A stretch of 64,000 nt of DNA. Source: Clostridiaceae bacterium. GTDB taxonomy: Bacteria; Bacillota; Clostridia; Oscillospirales; Acutalibacteraceae. Made by a program: the position numbers and the translations under genes. Below are positions 18,236-27,814 of this stretch, piece by piece (within the stretch, counting starts at the first letter, position 1; every line of letters starts with the position of its first letter). The stretch spans positions 766 to 64,765 of the forward strand of contig JAEDEQ010000002.1 in the NCBI GenBank assembly GCA_016293225.1, written 5' to 3'. Under the pieces are notes generated by a model, which made no database searches, was not told where the DNA came from, and was given only the letters and a program-made list of their open reading frames with translations.

Positions 18236-18937
18236 TTGAAAAAAGTTCTTGTTGCCGAAGACGAAGGCTCAATCAGAGAGTTTATTACACTGAACCTTGC
18301 CAAGGCGGGCTACAATGTTTCCGAGGCGAAAAACGGCGCCGAAGCGATGGAGCTTTTTGACAGGGAAAAAGATTCGTTCGACATTGTACTGCTTGATGTT
18401 ATGATGCCGTTTGCAAGCGGTATCGACGTCTGCCGTCACATCCGCGAAAAATCGCAGAATATCGGCGTAATCTTCCTGAGTGCAAAAGCGCAGGAGCAGG
18501 ACAAGGTCTACGGACTTTATTGCGGCGCGGACGATTACATAACAAAGCCGTTTTCGGTAACGGAGCTTCTTGCGCGTATCGACTCTGTTTACCGCAGGGT
18601 TCGGCTGAGCAAAGAGCTGCTTTCTGCTTACAGCGATGAGATTACCTGCGGAAGCTTTGTTCTGAGCACAAAAAAGCGGGCTGTTTTTTGCGGCAAGCAG
18701 CGCATTGATCTTTCACAGATAGAGTTTCAAATTCTTGAATACTTTTTTTCGTGCCCCGGAAAAACCGTCAGCCGCGAGGAGCTTCTGACTCAGGTCTGGG
18801 GAGAAAGCTATTACGGAGACGATAAGGTTGTTGACGTCAATATCAGACGCCTGCGCCTGAAGATTGAAAAAGACCCGTCCTGTCCCGAGCACTTAATCAC
18901 GGTCTGGGGCAAGGGCTATAAATGGGTAGCGGATTAA
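18236..18937 (+). CDS. OmpR-family response regulator
   Basis: Receiver domain (KVLVAEDE...LLDVMMP) plus a winged-helix C-terminus (RRLRLKIE...TVWGKGYKW). TTG 18236 follows GGTGAGAGGA. The longer ORF-track start overlaps the upstream gene. Confidence 0.9.
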   Translation: MKKVLVAEDEGSIREFITLNLAKAGYNVSEAKNGAEAMELFDREKDSFDIVLLDVMMPFASGIDVCRHIREKSQNIGVIFLSAKAQEQDKVYGLYCGADDYITKPFSVTELLARIDSVYRRVRLSKELLSAYSDEITCGSFVLSTKKRAVFCGKQRIDLSQIEFQILEYFFSCPGKTVSREELLTQVWGESYYGDDKVVDVNIRRLRLKIEKDPSCPEHLITVWGKGYKWVAD

Positions 18938-18959
18938 AAAACGGCAGAATATAAGGACG

Positions 18960-20387
18960 GTGAGTGCTATCAAAAGAACAATTAAAGCGCGGTGGCTTCG
19001 CAACATCTTCATCGTCACCGTTGTAATACTCGTCGTCATTTCCGGAATACTTGCCTATTCCGTATATCAGAGATACAACCACGCGGCTCAGATGACGCTG
19101 AAATCGTGCGACACCGACGTTGCCGATACATATTTCAGCTACTATTATCCGCTCGATTCAAAAACCTTTTCCGAGGCCGCTGCAAACTTTGTTGAAAACT
19201 ATGAATACCGTGATAAAATTGAAATATGGGTAATTGACAAAAGCGGAAATCCGTTGGTTTCCTCCGGCGGCTATGAAATCGGCGAATACACCGAAATGCC
19301 GGATTATTACGAAGCGCTGAATTCCGAAAATAAAACGGCTGTTAAAAGATGCCGCACCTTCTGGGGCGAGCCCGTTATGGCAATGAGCTACATTCTCAGA
19401 GACTCATCGGGCGAAAACTGCGGCGCCGTGCGCTATCTTGTTTCGCTCCGTGACGTAAATCTTCAGTATTATCTGATAATCGGCACGATAATTGCAGGCG
19501 TTTTTCTGATTGCGATGCTGATGTTCAATTCCGGATATTACTTTGTTTCTTCAATAGTGAACCCCGTCAAGGTGGTCAATCAGACCGCGAAAAGAATTGC
19601 CAAGGGCGATTTTTCCGCGCGTATTTCGATTCCGCATACCGATGACGAAATCGGGGAGCTGTGTGATACCATCAACGACATGGCCCGCCAGCTCGGTCAG
19701 ATGGATGAGATGAAAAACAGCTTCATTTCAACCGTGTCTCATGAAATCCGGACGCCGCTGACCGCAATCAAGGGCTGGAGCGAAACCCTCTCGTCTTCCG
19801 CCGAAAAGAGCGAGGACGAGGTTTTGAAAAGGGGACTGAAAATCATTACGTCCGAAACGGGCAGGCTTTCCTCAATGGTTGAGGAGCTGCTTGATTTTTC
19901 AAGGATGCAGAGCGGAAAGCTTAAAATGAAAAACGGCGTTGTTGACATAATTGCGGAGGTTCAGCAGGCATACCTGATGTATCGTCCGAAAGCTGAAAAA
20001 GAGGGCAAGACGCTCCGGCTTGTTCTGCCGAAGAACGAGGAAAGCTTTGTTGACGGCGACAGCGACAGAATCTGTCAGGTGTTCATTAACATTCTTGATA
20101 ATGCAGTAAAATATACCGAAACAAACGGAAAAATCATAATTAAGGTTGAAAACCTGAAAAAATATGTTAAAATATCTTTCAGTGACAACGGCTGCGGAAT
20201 TTCAAAATCCGATCTTCAGCACGTTAAAGAAAAATTTTATAAAGCCAACAACGAAAAGCACGGAACCGGTATAGGTCTTGCCGTTGTTGATGAGATAATT
20301 AAGCTTCATAACGGCTTGTTCAGGATAGACAGCACCGAGAATAAGGGTACAACGGTTGAGGTCATGTTCCCGTTGCATACGGCCTGA
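18960..20387 (+). CDS. sensor histidine kinase (2 TM, HAMP, HisKA, HATPase_c)
   Basis: H-box FISTVSHEIRTPLT, N-box ILDNAVKYT and G-boxes DNGCGI / GTGIGLAV. Confidence 0.92.
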   Translation: MSAIKRTIKARWLRNIFIVTVVILVVISGILAYSVYQRYNHAAQMTLKSCDTDVADTYFSYYYPLDSKTFSEAAANFVENYEYRDKIEIWVIDKSGNPLVSSGGYEIGEYTEMPDYYEALNSENKTAVKRCRTFWGEPVMAMSYILRDSSGENCGAVRYLVSLRDVNLQYYLIIGTIIAGVFLIAMLMFNSGYYFVSSIVNPVKVVNQTAKRIAKGDFSARISIPHTDDEIGELCDTINDMARQLGQMDEMKNSFISTVSHEIRTPLTAIKGWSETLSSSAEKSEDEVLKRGLKIITSETGRLSSMVEELLDFSRMQSGKLKMKNGVVDIIAEVQQAYLMYRPKAEKEGKTLRLVLPKNEESFVDGDSDRICQVFINILDNAVKYTETNGKIIIKVENLKKYVKISFSDNGCGISKSDLQHVKEKFYKANNEKHGTGIGLAVVDEIIKLHNGLFRIDSTENKGTTVEVMFPLHTA

Positions 20388-20431
20388 AAACAGCCAAACC
20401 GGCTTTGCCGGTTATAAAAGGAGGACTGAAA

Positions 20432-21415
20432 TTGAGCAAAAACAGCAGTGTTATTCATAAAACATCGGTCGGCGGTCAGGCGCTCATTGAGGGCATAATG
20501 ATGCAGGGACCCAAGGGCGCGGCAATGTCCGTCCGTCTCCCGGACGGAACCATTGACACGGAAGAAAAAGAGTTCAGGCATATCAGAGACAAGGTGAAGT
20601 TCCTCGGCTTTCCGGTCATACGCGGCTGCGTGAACTTTGTTGAGTCGATGATTTTCGGCTATAAATGCCTGATGGAGTCGGCGGAAAAAAGCGGCTTTGA
20701 GGAAATTGAAAACAGCGAGGAAAACCAGTCGAAGCTTGATAAATGGCTTTCCGAGCACCTGAGCAAAAAGGTCATGAGCGTAATAACGGGCGTTGCGTCC
20801 GTCCTCGGGGTTCTGCTTGCCTTTGCTTTGTTTTTCTTCCTGCCGTCAAAAATCACCGATTTCTTCAACAACCTTGCGTCCGGTGCGCTTACTAATTTCC
20901 GCGCGCTCATCGAAGGCATTATGAGAATGATAATTTTCATTGCGTATATTGCTTTGGTCTCGCTCATGAAGGATATAAAAAGGACTTTTATGTATCACGG
21001 CGCGGAGCACAAAACAATTTTTTGCTATGAGCACGGACTTGAGCTGACCGTTGAAAACGTCCGGAAGCAAAGCCGCTTTCATCCCCGCTGCGGAACAAGC
21101 TTCATGTTTGTAATGATAATCATAAGCGTTATAATTTCTTCAATTATTTCCGTTGCATTTCCGTATCTGAGGAATAATATTGCCGTGTGGATGATTATCA
21201 AGCTGCTCATTCTGCCGCTTGTAATGGGCTTCGGATATGAGTTTATAAAGTATGCCGGCAGACACGATAATCTTTTGGTCAAGATTCTTTCCGCACCGGG
21301 TCTCTGGATGCAGAGGCTCACCACAAAGGAGCCGGACGATTCAATGATCGAGGTCGGTATTGCGGCGTTCAAAGCCGTTATTACCGACAACCCGGAGGAC
21401 GACGCAATAAGATGA
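20432..21415 (+). CDS. DUF1385 membrane protein (PrmC-associated)
   Basis: VGGQALIEGIMMQGP and YHGAEHKTI motifs. TTG 20432 follows AAAGGAGGA. Confidence 0.85.
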   Translation: MSKNSSVIHKTSVGGQALIEGIMMQGPKGAAMSVRLPDGTIDTEEKEFRHIRDKVKFLGFPVIRGCVNFVESMIFGYKCLMESAEKSGFEEIENSEENQSKLDKWLSEHLSKKVMSVITGVASVLGVLLAFALFFFLPSKITDFFNNLASGALTNFRALIEGIMRMIIFIAYIALVSLMKDIKRTFMYHGAEHKTIFCYEHGLELTVENVRKQSRFHPRCGTSFMFVMIIISVIISSIISVAFPYLRNNIAVWMIIKLLILPLVMGFGYEFIKYAGRHDNLLVKILSAPGLWMQRLTTKEPDDSMIEVGIAAFKAVITDNPEDDAIR

Positions 21416-22263
21416 CGGTCTTTGAACTTTATAAATTCTGCGAAAGCGAGCTTGAAAAGAACAAAAAGGCTGACGCCGGAACAGAAGCAAGGCTGATTCT
21501 GCAAAAGGTTTTCGGGTTTGACAGAACACAGCTTCTTTTGAGCAAGGATAACCTTGCAGATGCAAAAGCTGTTGCCGAAGCTCAAAGGATACTTGAACAG
21601 CGGGAAAAGAATATTCCGCTTCAGTATATTCTCGGTGAATGGGATTTTTACGGACAAACCTTTAAAGTGGGCGAGGGTGTTCTTATTCCGCGCCCGGAAA
21701 CGGAGGAGCTTTGCACTGCCGTTATTGAAAGGCTGAAAAAAATGCAGGCGCCGACCGTATTCGATCTCTGCGCCGGCAGCGGCTGTATCGGTATAACGCT
21801 CAAAAAGCAGGTTATGCAGGCGAATGTGTATCTTGTTGAATACTTTGATGAAGCGCTCGGGTTTTTAAACAAAAACCGAATGGCGCTTTCGGTTGCAAGG
21901 TCTGTTCCGGCAATTAAAGGTGACGTTCTTGAGGGATATGAAAAATTCGGCTTTCTGCCGCGCCCCGATGTGATTGTATCAAATCCGCCGTACATTAAAA
22001 AAAGCGAGCTTTCCTCCCTTCAAAGCGAGGTTCGGTGCGAACCGTCAACAGCTCTGGACGGCGGTGAGGACGGACTTGTGTTTTACCGTGCCTTTGCCGA
22101 AAAATGGCTGCCGTTCATCAATGAAAAAGGCTTCATCGCAGTTGAATGCGGCGAGACTCAGGCGGAAAAAATTGCTTCGCTTTTTTCAAAGCACAGCAGC
22201 GAAATTACTGTACTAAAAGACTTCAACGGCATTGACCGCTTTGTTATTGCCGGGAAAGGGTAA
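21412..22263 (+). CDS. prmC: release factor glutamine N5-methyltransferase
   Basis: VSNPPYI motif and SAM motif DLCAGSGCIG. There is a 4-nt overlap with the upstream gene. Confidence 0.92.
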   Translation: MTVFELYKFCESELEKNKKADAGTEARLILQKVFGFDRTQLLLSKDNLADAKAVAEAQRILEQREKNIPLQYILGEWDFYGQTFKVGEGVLIPRPETEELCTAVIERLKKMQAPTVFDLCAGSGCIGITLKKQVMQANVYLVEYFDEALGFLNKNRMALSVARSVPAIKGDVLEGYEKFGFLPRPDVIVSNPPYIKKSELSSLQSEVRCEPSTALDGGEDGLVFYRAFAEKWLPFINEKGFIAVECGETQAEKIASLFSKHSSEITVLKDFNGIDRFVIAGKG

Positions 22264-22265
22264 TT

Positions 22266-22952
22266 ATGATCTACGACCTGTTCAGAGAGGGCTTCACAAT
22301 TCAGGTGGTTCTCAATTTGTTTGCAAGAGTTTTTGTAATGTTCTGCATTTTGCCGGTGCATGAGTTTGCCCATGCGCTCCTTTCAACAAAGCTCGGCGAT
22401 CAGACCGCGCGCCTTTCGGGCAGACTGACGCTCAATCCCCTTGCACATCTTGACTTTTTCGGCGCGCTTTTGATGATTATTGCCGGCTTCGGTTATGCAA
22501 AGCCCGTTCCGGTCAATATGAACAATTTTCCTCCGAAGAGAAGAAAATCATATATGGCGCTTACAGCCCTTGCCGGACCGCTTTCCAACCTGATAATGGC
22601 GTTTGTTTTTTCAATTTTCTATTGCGCCGTGTTCAGGTTCGGTTCGCCGACAGAGGGCAGCATGGCGGAAGCCGTTCTGCTTTTCTTCCTCTATGTTGCT
22701 CAGATAAACGTATCGCTTGCCGTGTTCAACCTCATTCCCGTTCCGCCGCTTGACGGCTCCAGGATACTAACGGCTGTTCTTCCGGACAGGTATTACTATA
22801 CGCTCATGAAATATGAACGCTATATTGTATATGCGGTGCTGGCGCTGGTGCTTTTCGGCGCTCTCGATACGCCCATATCGCTTGCCACAACATACACAAT
22901 GCAGTTGTTTATAAAGCTTGCGGGTCTTATTTTCGGCCTGCATGTGGATTGA
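22266..22952 (+). CDS. site-2 protease (M50) family membrane metalloprotease
   Basis: HEFAHAL zinc motif and NLIPVPPLDGSRIL. Confidence 0.85.
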   Translation: MIYDLFREGFTIQVVLNLFARVFVMFCILPVHEFAHALLSTKLGDQTARLSGRLTLNPLAHLDFFGALLMIIAGFGYAKPVPVNMNNFPPKRRKSYMALTALAGPLSNLIMAFVFSIFYCAVFRFGSPTEGSMAEAVLLFFLYVAQINVSLAVFNLIPVPPLDGSRILTAVLPDRYYYTLMKYERYIVYAVLALVLFGALDTPISLATTYTMQLFIKLAGLIFGLHVD

Positions 22953-22955
22953 AAA

Positions 22956-23696
22956 ATGGAAAAGATTAATTATAAGCTTGAGGTGTTTGAAGGTCCGCTT
23001 GACCTTTTGCTTCACCTCATCAGCAAGCACAAACTGAATATTAACGACATTCCGATTTTTGAACTTGTGGAGCAGTATGTCGACTATGTCCGGCAGATGG
23101 AGGAAAGCGACATGGACGTTGCAAGCGAGTTCATTGAGATGGCTGCGCGCCTTGTGTATATCAAGACGGTTTCCCTGCTTCCCGTTCACGAGGAGGCCGA
23201 GCAGTTAAAAATGGAGCTTACGGGAGAGCTTATTGAATACCGCGACTGCAAGCTGATGGCCGAAAAGCTTTCAAAGCAGGCAGACGGAGTTGATTATTTC
23301 TTCCGTGAACCGCAGCAGCTTCCGAGGAACATGACCTACAGCCGCGTCCATGACCCGCGCGATATCCTTGCGGCATATCTCAGTGCAATAGGCAAGGAAA
23401 AGCGGAAACTTCCGCCGCCTATTGAGGCTTTCAGCTCCATTGTTTCACATAAGATTGTGTCCGTCAATTCACGGATAGTTTTCATCTACCGCAGGCTTCT
23501 CAAAAGCGCAAGGCAGAAGTTCTCCTCTTTCTTTGAGCACAGCGCTTCCCGTTCGGAAATGGTTGCAACTTTCCTTGCAATACTGGAGCTTGTTAAAAAC
23601 GGAAGAGTCCGCCTCAACGATGAAAACACAGTTGTAACTCTTAATAGGAAAGGAAAAGCTGACAATGAACATGAAAGCTTTGCAGAACACCCTTGA
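22956..23696 (+). CDS. scpA: segregation and condensation protein A
   Basis: FEGPLDLLLHLISKHKLNINDIPI matches ScpA. Confidence 0.93.
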   Translation: MEKINYKLEVFEGPLDLLLHLISKHKLNINDIPIFELVEQYVDYVRQMEESDMDVASEFIEMAARLVYIKTVSLLPVHEEAEQLKMELTGELIEYRDCKLMAEKLSKQADGVDYFFREPQQLPRNMTYSRVHDPRDILAAYLSAIGKEKRKLPPPIEAFSSIVSHKIVSVNSRIVFIYRRLLKSARQKFSSFFEHSASRSEMVATFLAILELVKNGRVRLNDENTVVTLNRKGKADNEHESFAEHP

Positions 23697-24264
23697 AGCG
23701 GTTCTTTTTGCCGTCGGCGAGCCTGTTGAGCTTGAAAGGCTCTCGCAGGCGCTTGAGGTTGACGAGCTGCTTCTGAGTCAGGTGCTTGAAAATCTGCGCG
23801 CCTCATATGATGAGCGTGACGGCGGACTTTGCATACTGAAGCTTGACGATAAATATCAGATCTGTTCAAAAAAGGAATATGCCGATGAGATCAGGAAAGT
23901 GCTTGAAATCAAGCGCAACGCGCCGCTTTCCCAGGCTGCGTTTGAGGTGCTTGCCATCATTGCGTATAATCAGCCGGTCACAAAAGCCTTTGCCGAGCAA
24001 ATAAGGGGCGTTGACTGCTCGGCGGTCATTTCAACCCTTTGTCAGCGCGGCCTTATTGAAGAAAAGGGCAGGCTTGATCTTCCCGGCAGGCCGCTGATTT
24101 ACGGAACAACGCCGAACTTTTTGCGCTGCTTTTGCCTGTCTTCTCTTGACGAGCTTCCGCCTGTGCCGGAAAATCCGGACAACAAAGCGGAAAAAGACGG
24201 AAAAACTCAAGAAAATTTACAATCTGAGCAGACTGATTTTACCGAAACTGTTGACGAAAATTGA
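23665..24264 (+). CDS. scpB: segregation and condensation protein B
   Basis: LEAVLFAVGEPV, IIAYNQPVT, RGVD and GRPLIYGTT match ScpB. Confidence 0.93.
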   Translation: MNMKALQNTLEAVLFAVGEPVELERLSQALEVDELLLSQVLENLRASYDERDGGLCILKLDDKYQICSKKEYADEIRKVLEIKRNAPLSQAAFEVLAIIAYNQPVTKAFAEQIRGVDCSAVISTLCQRGLIEEKGRLDLPGRPLIYGTTPNFLRCFCLSSLDELPPVPENPDNKAEKDGKTQENLQSEQTDFTETVDEN

Positions 24265-24321
24265 TTTTTAGGGTAACATATAGTATAGTGTAAAGAACGG
24301 TATACGAAAGGGGGCGGTGCT

Positions 24322-25026
24322 TTGACAGGATTTCAGATTTTCCTTTGTATCCTCGGCGGAATAATTGCATTCTTTGTTCTTGTGCTTTCCGTTCCGGTTC
24401 ATGTTTCGCTGCATTACGGCGATAAAATTTACCTCACCGTCCGTTATCTGTTCATTAAGCTCAACCTTCTTCCTTTGGGCGAAAAGAAAGAAAAAAAGCC
24501 CAAGAAAGAAAAGCCTAAAAAAGAAAAGCCCGAAGAGGAAAAAACGGAAGAACCGCAGGGGAAAAAGCCTAACCCTATCCTTGAAATGGTCAAAGCCAAC
24601 GGCTATGACGGAATGATGGAGGTGCTTTCAAACCTCGGTCACGTTCTTGCCCTTTACGGCGGAAAGCTCTTTAAAAGCGTTGTTTTTGAAGATATCGAAA
24701 TATACATATCCGTAGGCACGGGAGACAGCGCAAAAACCGCCGTTAAATACGGCGAAACCTGCCAGAAGGTATATCCGCTTCTGGGCTTCCTGTGTTCAAA
24801 CAATATCGTTAAAAAATATGACGCCTCGGTTGAACCGGATTTTCTTGCAAACAACAGCGAGGGTGAATTCCACTTTGAGCTTTATCTTGTTGTGCGCAAA
24901 ATAATCAACGCCACGCTCGGCATGGTGTTCAGGCTTGTTTTCAAGGTTGCCTTGAAGTTCCTCAAAAACGGCAGGCAAAAGAAAGAATCTGTTCCTCAGC
25001 AAAAAGCGGAAACAAAGAAAGGATGA
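24322..25026 (+). CDS. ytfI: DUF2953 sporulation-associated protein (YtfI-like)
   Basis: N-terminal TM helix, a K/E-rich linker, and the position immediately upstream of ytfJ. TTG start. Confidence 0.6.
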   Translation: MTGFQIFLCILGGIIAFFVLVLSVPVHVSLHYGDKIYLTVRYLFIKLNLLPLGEKKEKKPKKEKPKKEKPEEEKTEEPQGKKPNPILEMVKANGYDGMMEVLSNLGHVLALYGGKLFKSVVFEDIEIYISVGTGDSAKTAVKYGETCQKVYPLLGFLCSNNIVKKYDASVEPDFLANNSEGEFHFELYLVVRKIINATLGMVFRLVFKVALKFLKNGRQKKESVPQQKAETKKG

Positions 25027-25032
25027 TATACA

Positions 25033-25446
25033 ATGTCAGAAAAATCAGCAGGTGCAATACTCAGCTCAACGATTGAAAAAATCCGCAATCTCGTCGATAC
25101 AAGCACAATCATCGGCGAACCGATTTATGCCGAAGGCGGAGTGACCATCATTCCCGTTTCAAAGGTTACATACGGCTTTGCTTCGGGCGGCGCAGACTTC
25201 CCGTCAAAGAACAATAAGGAGCTTTTCGGCGGCGGCGGCGGAGCCGGCGTAACCATTACTCCGGTTGCTTTCCTCGTTGTCAGCGACGGCGAAGTTACTC
25301 TCAAGCACATCACTGCATATGACAACGCTGCGGAAAGAGTTGTTAACCTTGTTCCCGAAATGTTTGACAAGGTAACAGGCCTTGTCAATAAAGCCAAGAA
25401 GGACTCGGCAAAGCAAGCGGCTGACGACTCAGCACTCAGCGAATAA
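25033..25446 (+). CDS. ytfJ: GerW/YtfJ family sporulation protein
   Basis: IIGEPI..GVTIIPVSKVTYGFASGG...GGGGGAGVTITPVAFLVV matches the family. Confidence 0.88.
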   Translation: MSEKSAGAILSSTIEKIRNLVDTSTIIGEPIYAEGGVTIIPVSKVTYGFASGGADFPSKNNKELFGGGGGAGVTITPVAFLVVSDGEVTLKHITAYDNAAERVVNLVPEMFDKVTGLVNKAKKDSAKQAADDSALSE

Positions 25447-25522
25447 GATACAATCGAATAATTTTTCAACAACCGCCTGCATATCATAAAAATGGCAGGT
25501 GGTTGCTTTGTTGATTAAAAAA

Positions 25523-26644
25523 ATGATTTGTTATTTTGCTGTGCTGCTTTCTGTTTCGCTTTGTTTTTTCTTTTGTGCAGGCGCTGTTGAAATAAGCGCC
25601 CAAAGCGCCGTTGTTCTGGACGCACGGACAAACGAAATTATCTATCAGAAGGACGCCTTTGAAAAGCGCTCAATGGCAAGCACAACAAAGATTATGACGG
25701 CCTTTCTTGCAATCGAATCCGGAAGACTTTGCGATACGGTGAACATCACAAGTGAAATGGCCGGTGTCGAGGGTACCTCCCTCGGTCTTCACGCCGGAGA
25801 CAAAATTACGCTTTGCGACCTTGTTTACGGCATGATGCTTGAATCCGGCAATGACGCGGCAAACGCCGCGGCCCTGCATCTTTCGGGAAGCTTTTCCTCC
25901 TTTGCTGCGCTGATGAACGAAAGGGCGCGGCAGATAGGAATGAAAAGCACAAATTTTGTAACTCCGTCCGGTCTTGACGATGAAGAACACTATTCAACCG
26001 CGTATGACATGGCGCTTCTGGCCTCATATTGCGTCAAAAATTCCGTGTTCAGAAGCGTCTGTTCGGCAAAAAAATATACTGCACGGCTGCTTGAGCCGCA
26101 GACAAAACTGTATTTTTCAAATCACAACAGGCTCCTTTCAAGCGTGGACGGCGTGTTCGGCGTAAAAACGGGTTTTACAAAAAAGAGCGGTCGGTGCCTT
26201 GTCAGCGCAATTGAAAAGGACGGCGCCGTTCTTGTTGCCGTAACGCTCAACGCGCCGAACGACTGGAGCGACCATAAAAAGCTTTATGACTATGCGCTTT
26301 CAAAGCTTGATTCTGTAACCGTCACACCGCAGTATCCGGCAACGCTTCATACAATAGGCGGCGTTAAAAGCTCGGTAAAAATCAACGCCTCGTGCAGTGA
26401 ATTTAGCATTGCGTTCTACGGGAAAAACGGTCTGACTCAAAAAGCATATTTGCCGCGATTTGTTTACGCTCCCGTCAGCAAGGGTGACTTGCTCGGAAAA
26501 ATTGAGTTTTTCTGCGGGGAAAGTCTTGTTAAAACCGTTGAACTGCTTGCCGGCGAAAGCGTTACCGGGGTGCAGGAAACTTATGTACCCAAGCTGAGCT
26601 TAAAAGAGAGAATTATCAATAAATTGAAAAGTTTGTTTGAATAA
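25523..26644 (+). CDS. D-alanyl-D-alanine carboxypeptidase (peptidase S11)
   Basis: SxxK (ASTTK), SxN (SGND) and KTG (KTGFT) motifs plus a signal peptide. The alternative GTG start at 25499 lies inside the upstream hairpin. Confidence 0.9.
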   Translation: MICYFAVLLSVSLCFFFCAGAVEISAQSAVVLDARTNEIIYQKDAFEKRSMASTTKIMTAFLAIESGRLCDTVNITSEMAGVEGTSLGLHAGDKITLCDLVYGMMLESGNDAANAAALHLSGSFSSFAALMNERARQIGMKSTNFVTPSGLDDEEHYSTAYDMALLASYCVKNSVFRSVCSAKKYTARLLEPQTKLYFSNHNRLLSSVDGVFGVKTGFTKKSGRCLVSAIEKDGAVLVAVTLNAPNDWSDHKKLYDYALSKLDSVTVTPQYPATLHTIGGVKSSVKINASCSEFSIAFYGKNGLTQKAYLPRFVYAPVSKGDLLGKIEFFCGESLVKTVELLAGESVTGVQETYVPKLSLKERIINKLKSLFE

Positions 26645-26657
26645 GGAAGTGTTGTTT

Positions 26658-27401
26658 TTGGCTGACAACAAAATAAGGCTTCAGAAATTTCTTTCCGAAT
26701 GCGGCGTGGCCTCAAGGCGAAAGAGCGAAGAATTGATTGAATCGGGCGCCGTTAAAGTCAACGGAAAAACCGCTTCAATAGGCGATAAGGTTGACCCGAA
26801 ACGCGACGCCGTTACCGTTCACGGAAAAAAGGTTGTTAAGCAAAAGAATAATGTCTATATCATGCTCAACAAGCCGCGCGGCTTTATCACAACCATGAGC
26901 GATGAAATGGACAGAAAATGCGTTGCAATGCTTGTTAAGGACGCTCCGGCAAGGGTCTATCCCGTCGGAAGACTTGACAGAGAGTCCGAGGGAATGCTGA
27001 TTTTTACAAATGACGGAGAATTTGCGAACGCTCTGACCCATCCCTCAAAGCACGTTGCAAAGACCTACCGGGTAACGGTGCGTCCTCCGGTGAGCGAAGA
27101 ACAGCTGACTAAGATTGCAACCGGAATTGTGATTGACGACAGAAAAACGGCTCCTGCCGAGGTCAGAGTGGTGCTTCAGGAGGAAAACCGTGTTGTGCTT
27201 GAAATCGTCCTTTATGAGGGACGCAACCGTCAGATAAGAAAAATGTGCGAGGAAATAGGGCTTGAGGTTGCACGTCTTCGCAGAACGGCCGTCGGCTCAG
27301 TAAAGCTCGGTATGCTCAAACAGGGCGCATGGAGAGAGCTTACTGCGGAGGAAGTGCGCAAGCTCATGCTTGCCGCCGGTATGGAGGTTAAAAAGAGATG
27401 A
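26658..27401 (+). CDS. rluB: pseudouridine synthase, RsuA/RluB family, with an S4 domain
   Basis: IRLQKFLSECGVASRR (S4 domain) and GRLDRESEGMLIFTNDG. Several TTG/GTG starts between 26637 and 26658 are possible. Confidence 0.88.
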   Translation: MADNKIRLQKFLSECGVASRRKSEELIESGAVKVNGKTASIGDKVDPKRDAVTVHGKKVVKQKNNVYIMLNKPRGFITTMSDEMDRKCVAMLVKDAPARVYPVGRLDRESEGMLIFTNDGEFANALTHPSKHVAKTYRVTVRPPVSEEQLTKIATGIVIDDRKTAPAEVRVVLQEENRVVLEIVLYEGRNRQIRKMCEEIGLEVARLRRTAVGSVKLGMLKQGAWRELTAEEVRKLMLAAGMEVKKR

Positions 27402-27739
27402 TTTTTTTTAATCCTACTGAAGTTCTCACCGCTGAATGCACAGCCATATTCGAGGCTTTCTGCGGAACGGACAAGCTTGGCGAATGCCGCCTGCTTGTTG
27501 ACGGAAATACCGGAGACGTGTTTTTTCTTGCCTATGACATTGAGTCTCCGGAAATCGGGGAAGGTCTTTTAAAAAGTGCATACAACTATGCGGCAAACCG
27601 CGGCGCTTACATCGGAACTCTTTCGGCAAAAGACAGCGGAAAAGCGCATACATATCTGAACTTTGAATGTAAAAACGGCGTGTATGCAAACGACATACCC
27701 ACGCTGCTTGCAGGACATTGCAGCTGTAACGATATTTGA
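27398..27739 (+). CDS. hypothetical 113-aa protein
   Basis: ATGA overlap with the rluB stop. No family recognised. The C-terminus reads GHCSCNDI. Confidence 0.5.
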   Translation: MIFFNPTEVLTAECTAIFEAFCGTDKLGECRLLVDGNTGDVFFLAYDIESPEIGEGLLKSAYNYAANRGAYIGTLSAKDSGKAHTYLNFECKNGVYANDIPTLLAGHCSCNDI

Positions 27740-27764
27740 CAAAATTGGTAAAACGATATATAAT
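27736..27764 (+). promoter_or_regulatory. sigma-A type promoter for yicC-remA-gmk-rpoZ
   Basis: TTGACA at 27736-27741, a 17-nt spacer and TATAAT at 27759-27764. Confidence 0.7.
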
Positions 27765-27814
27765 AAAAGGAATCGAAGCAAAGCCTTCGGATTGACGAAG
27801 AAAGGCATGAGAAT

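Noticed and set aside
24481-24560. Repetitive AAAGAAAAGCC-type sequence
   Set aside because: It encodes the K/E/P-rich linker (KKEKKPKKEKPKKEKPEEEK) of the YtfI-like protein. This is low-complexity coding sequence, not a CRISPR array or a tandem-repeat element.
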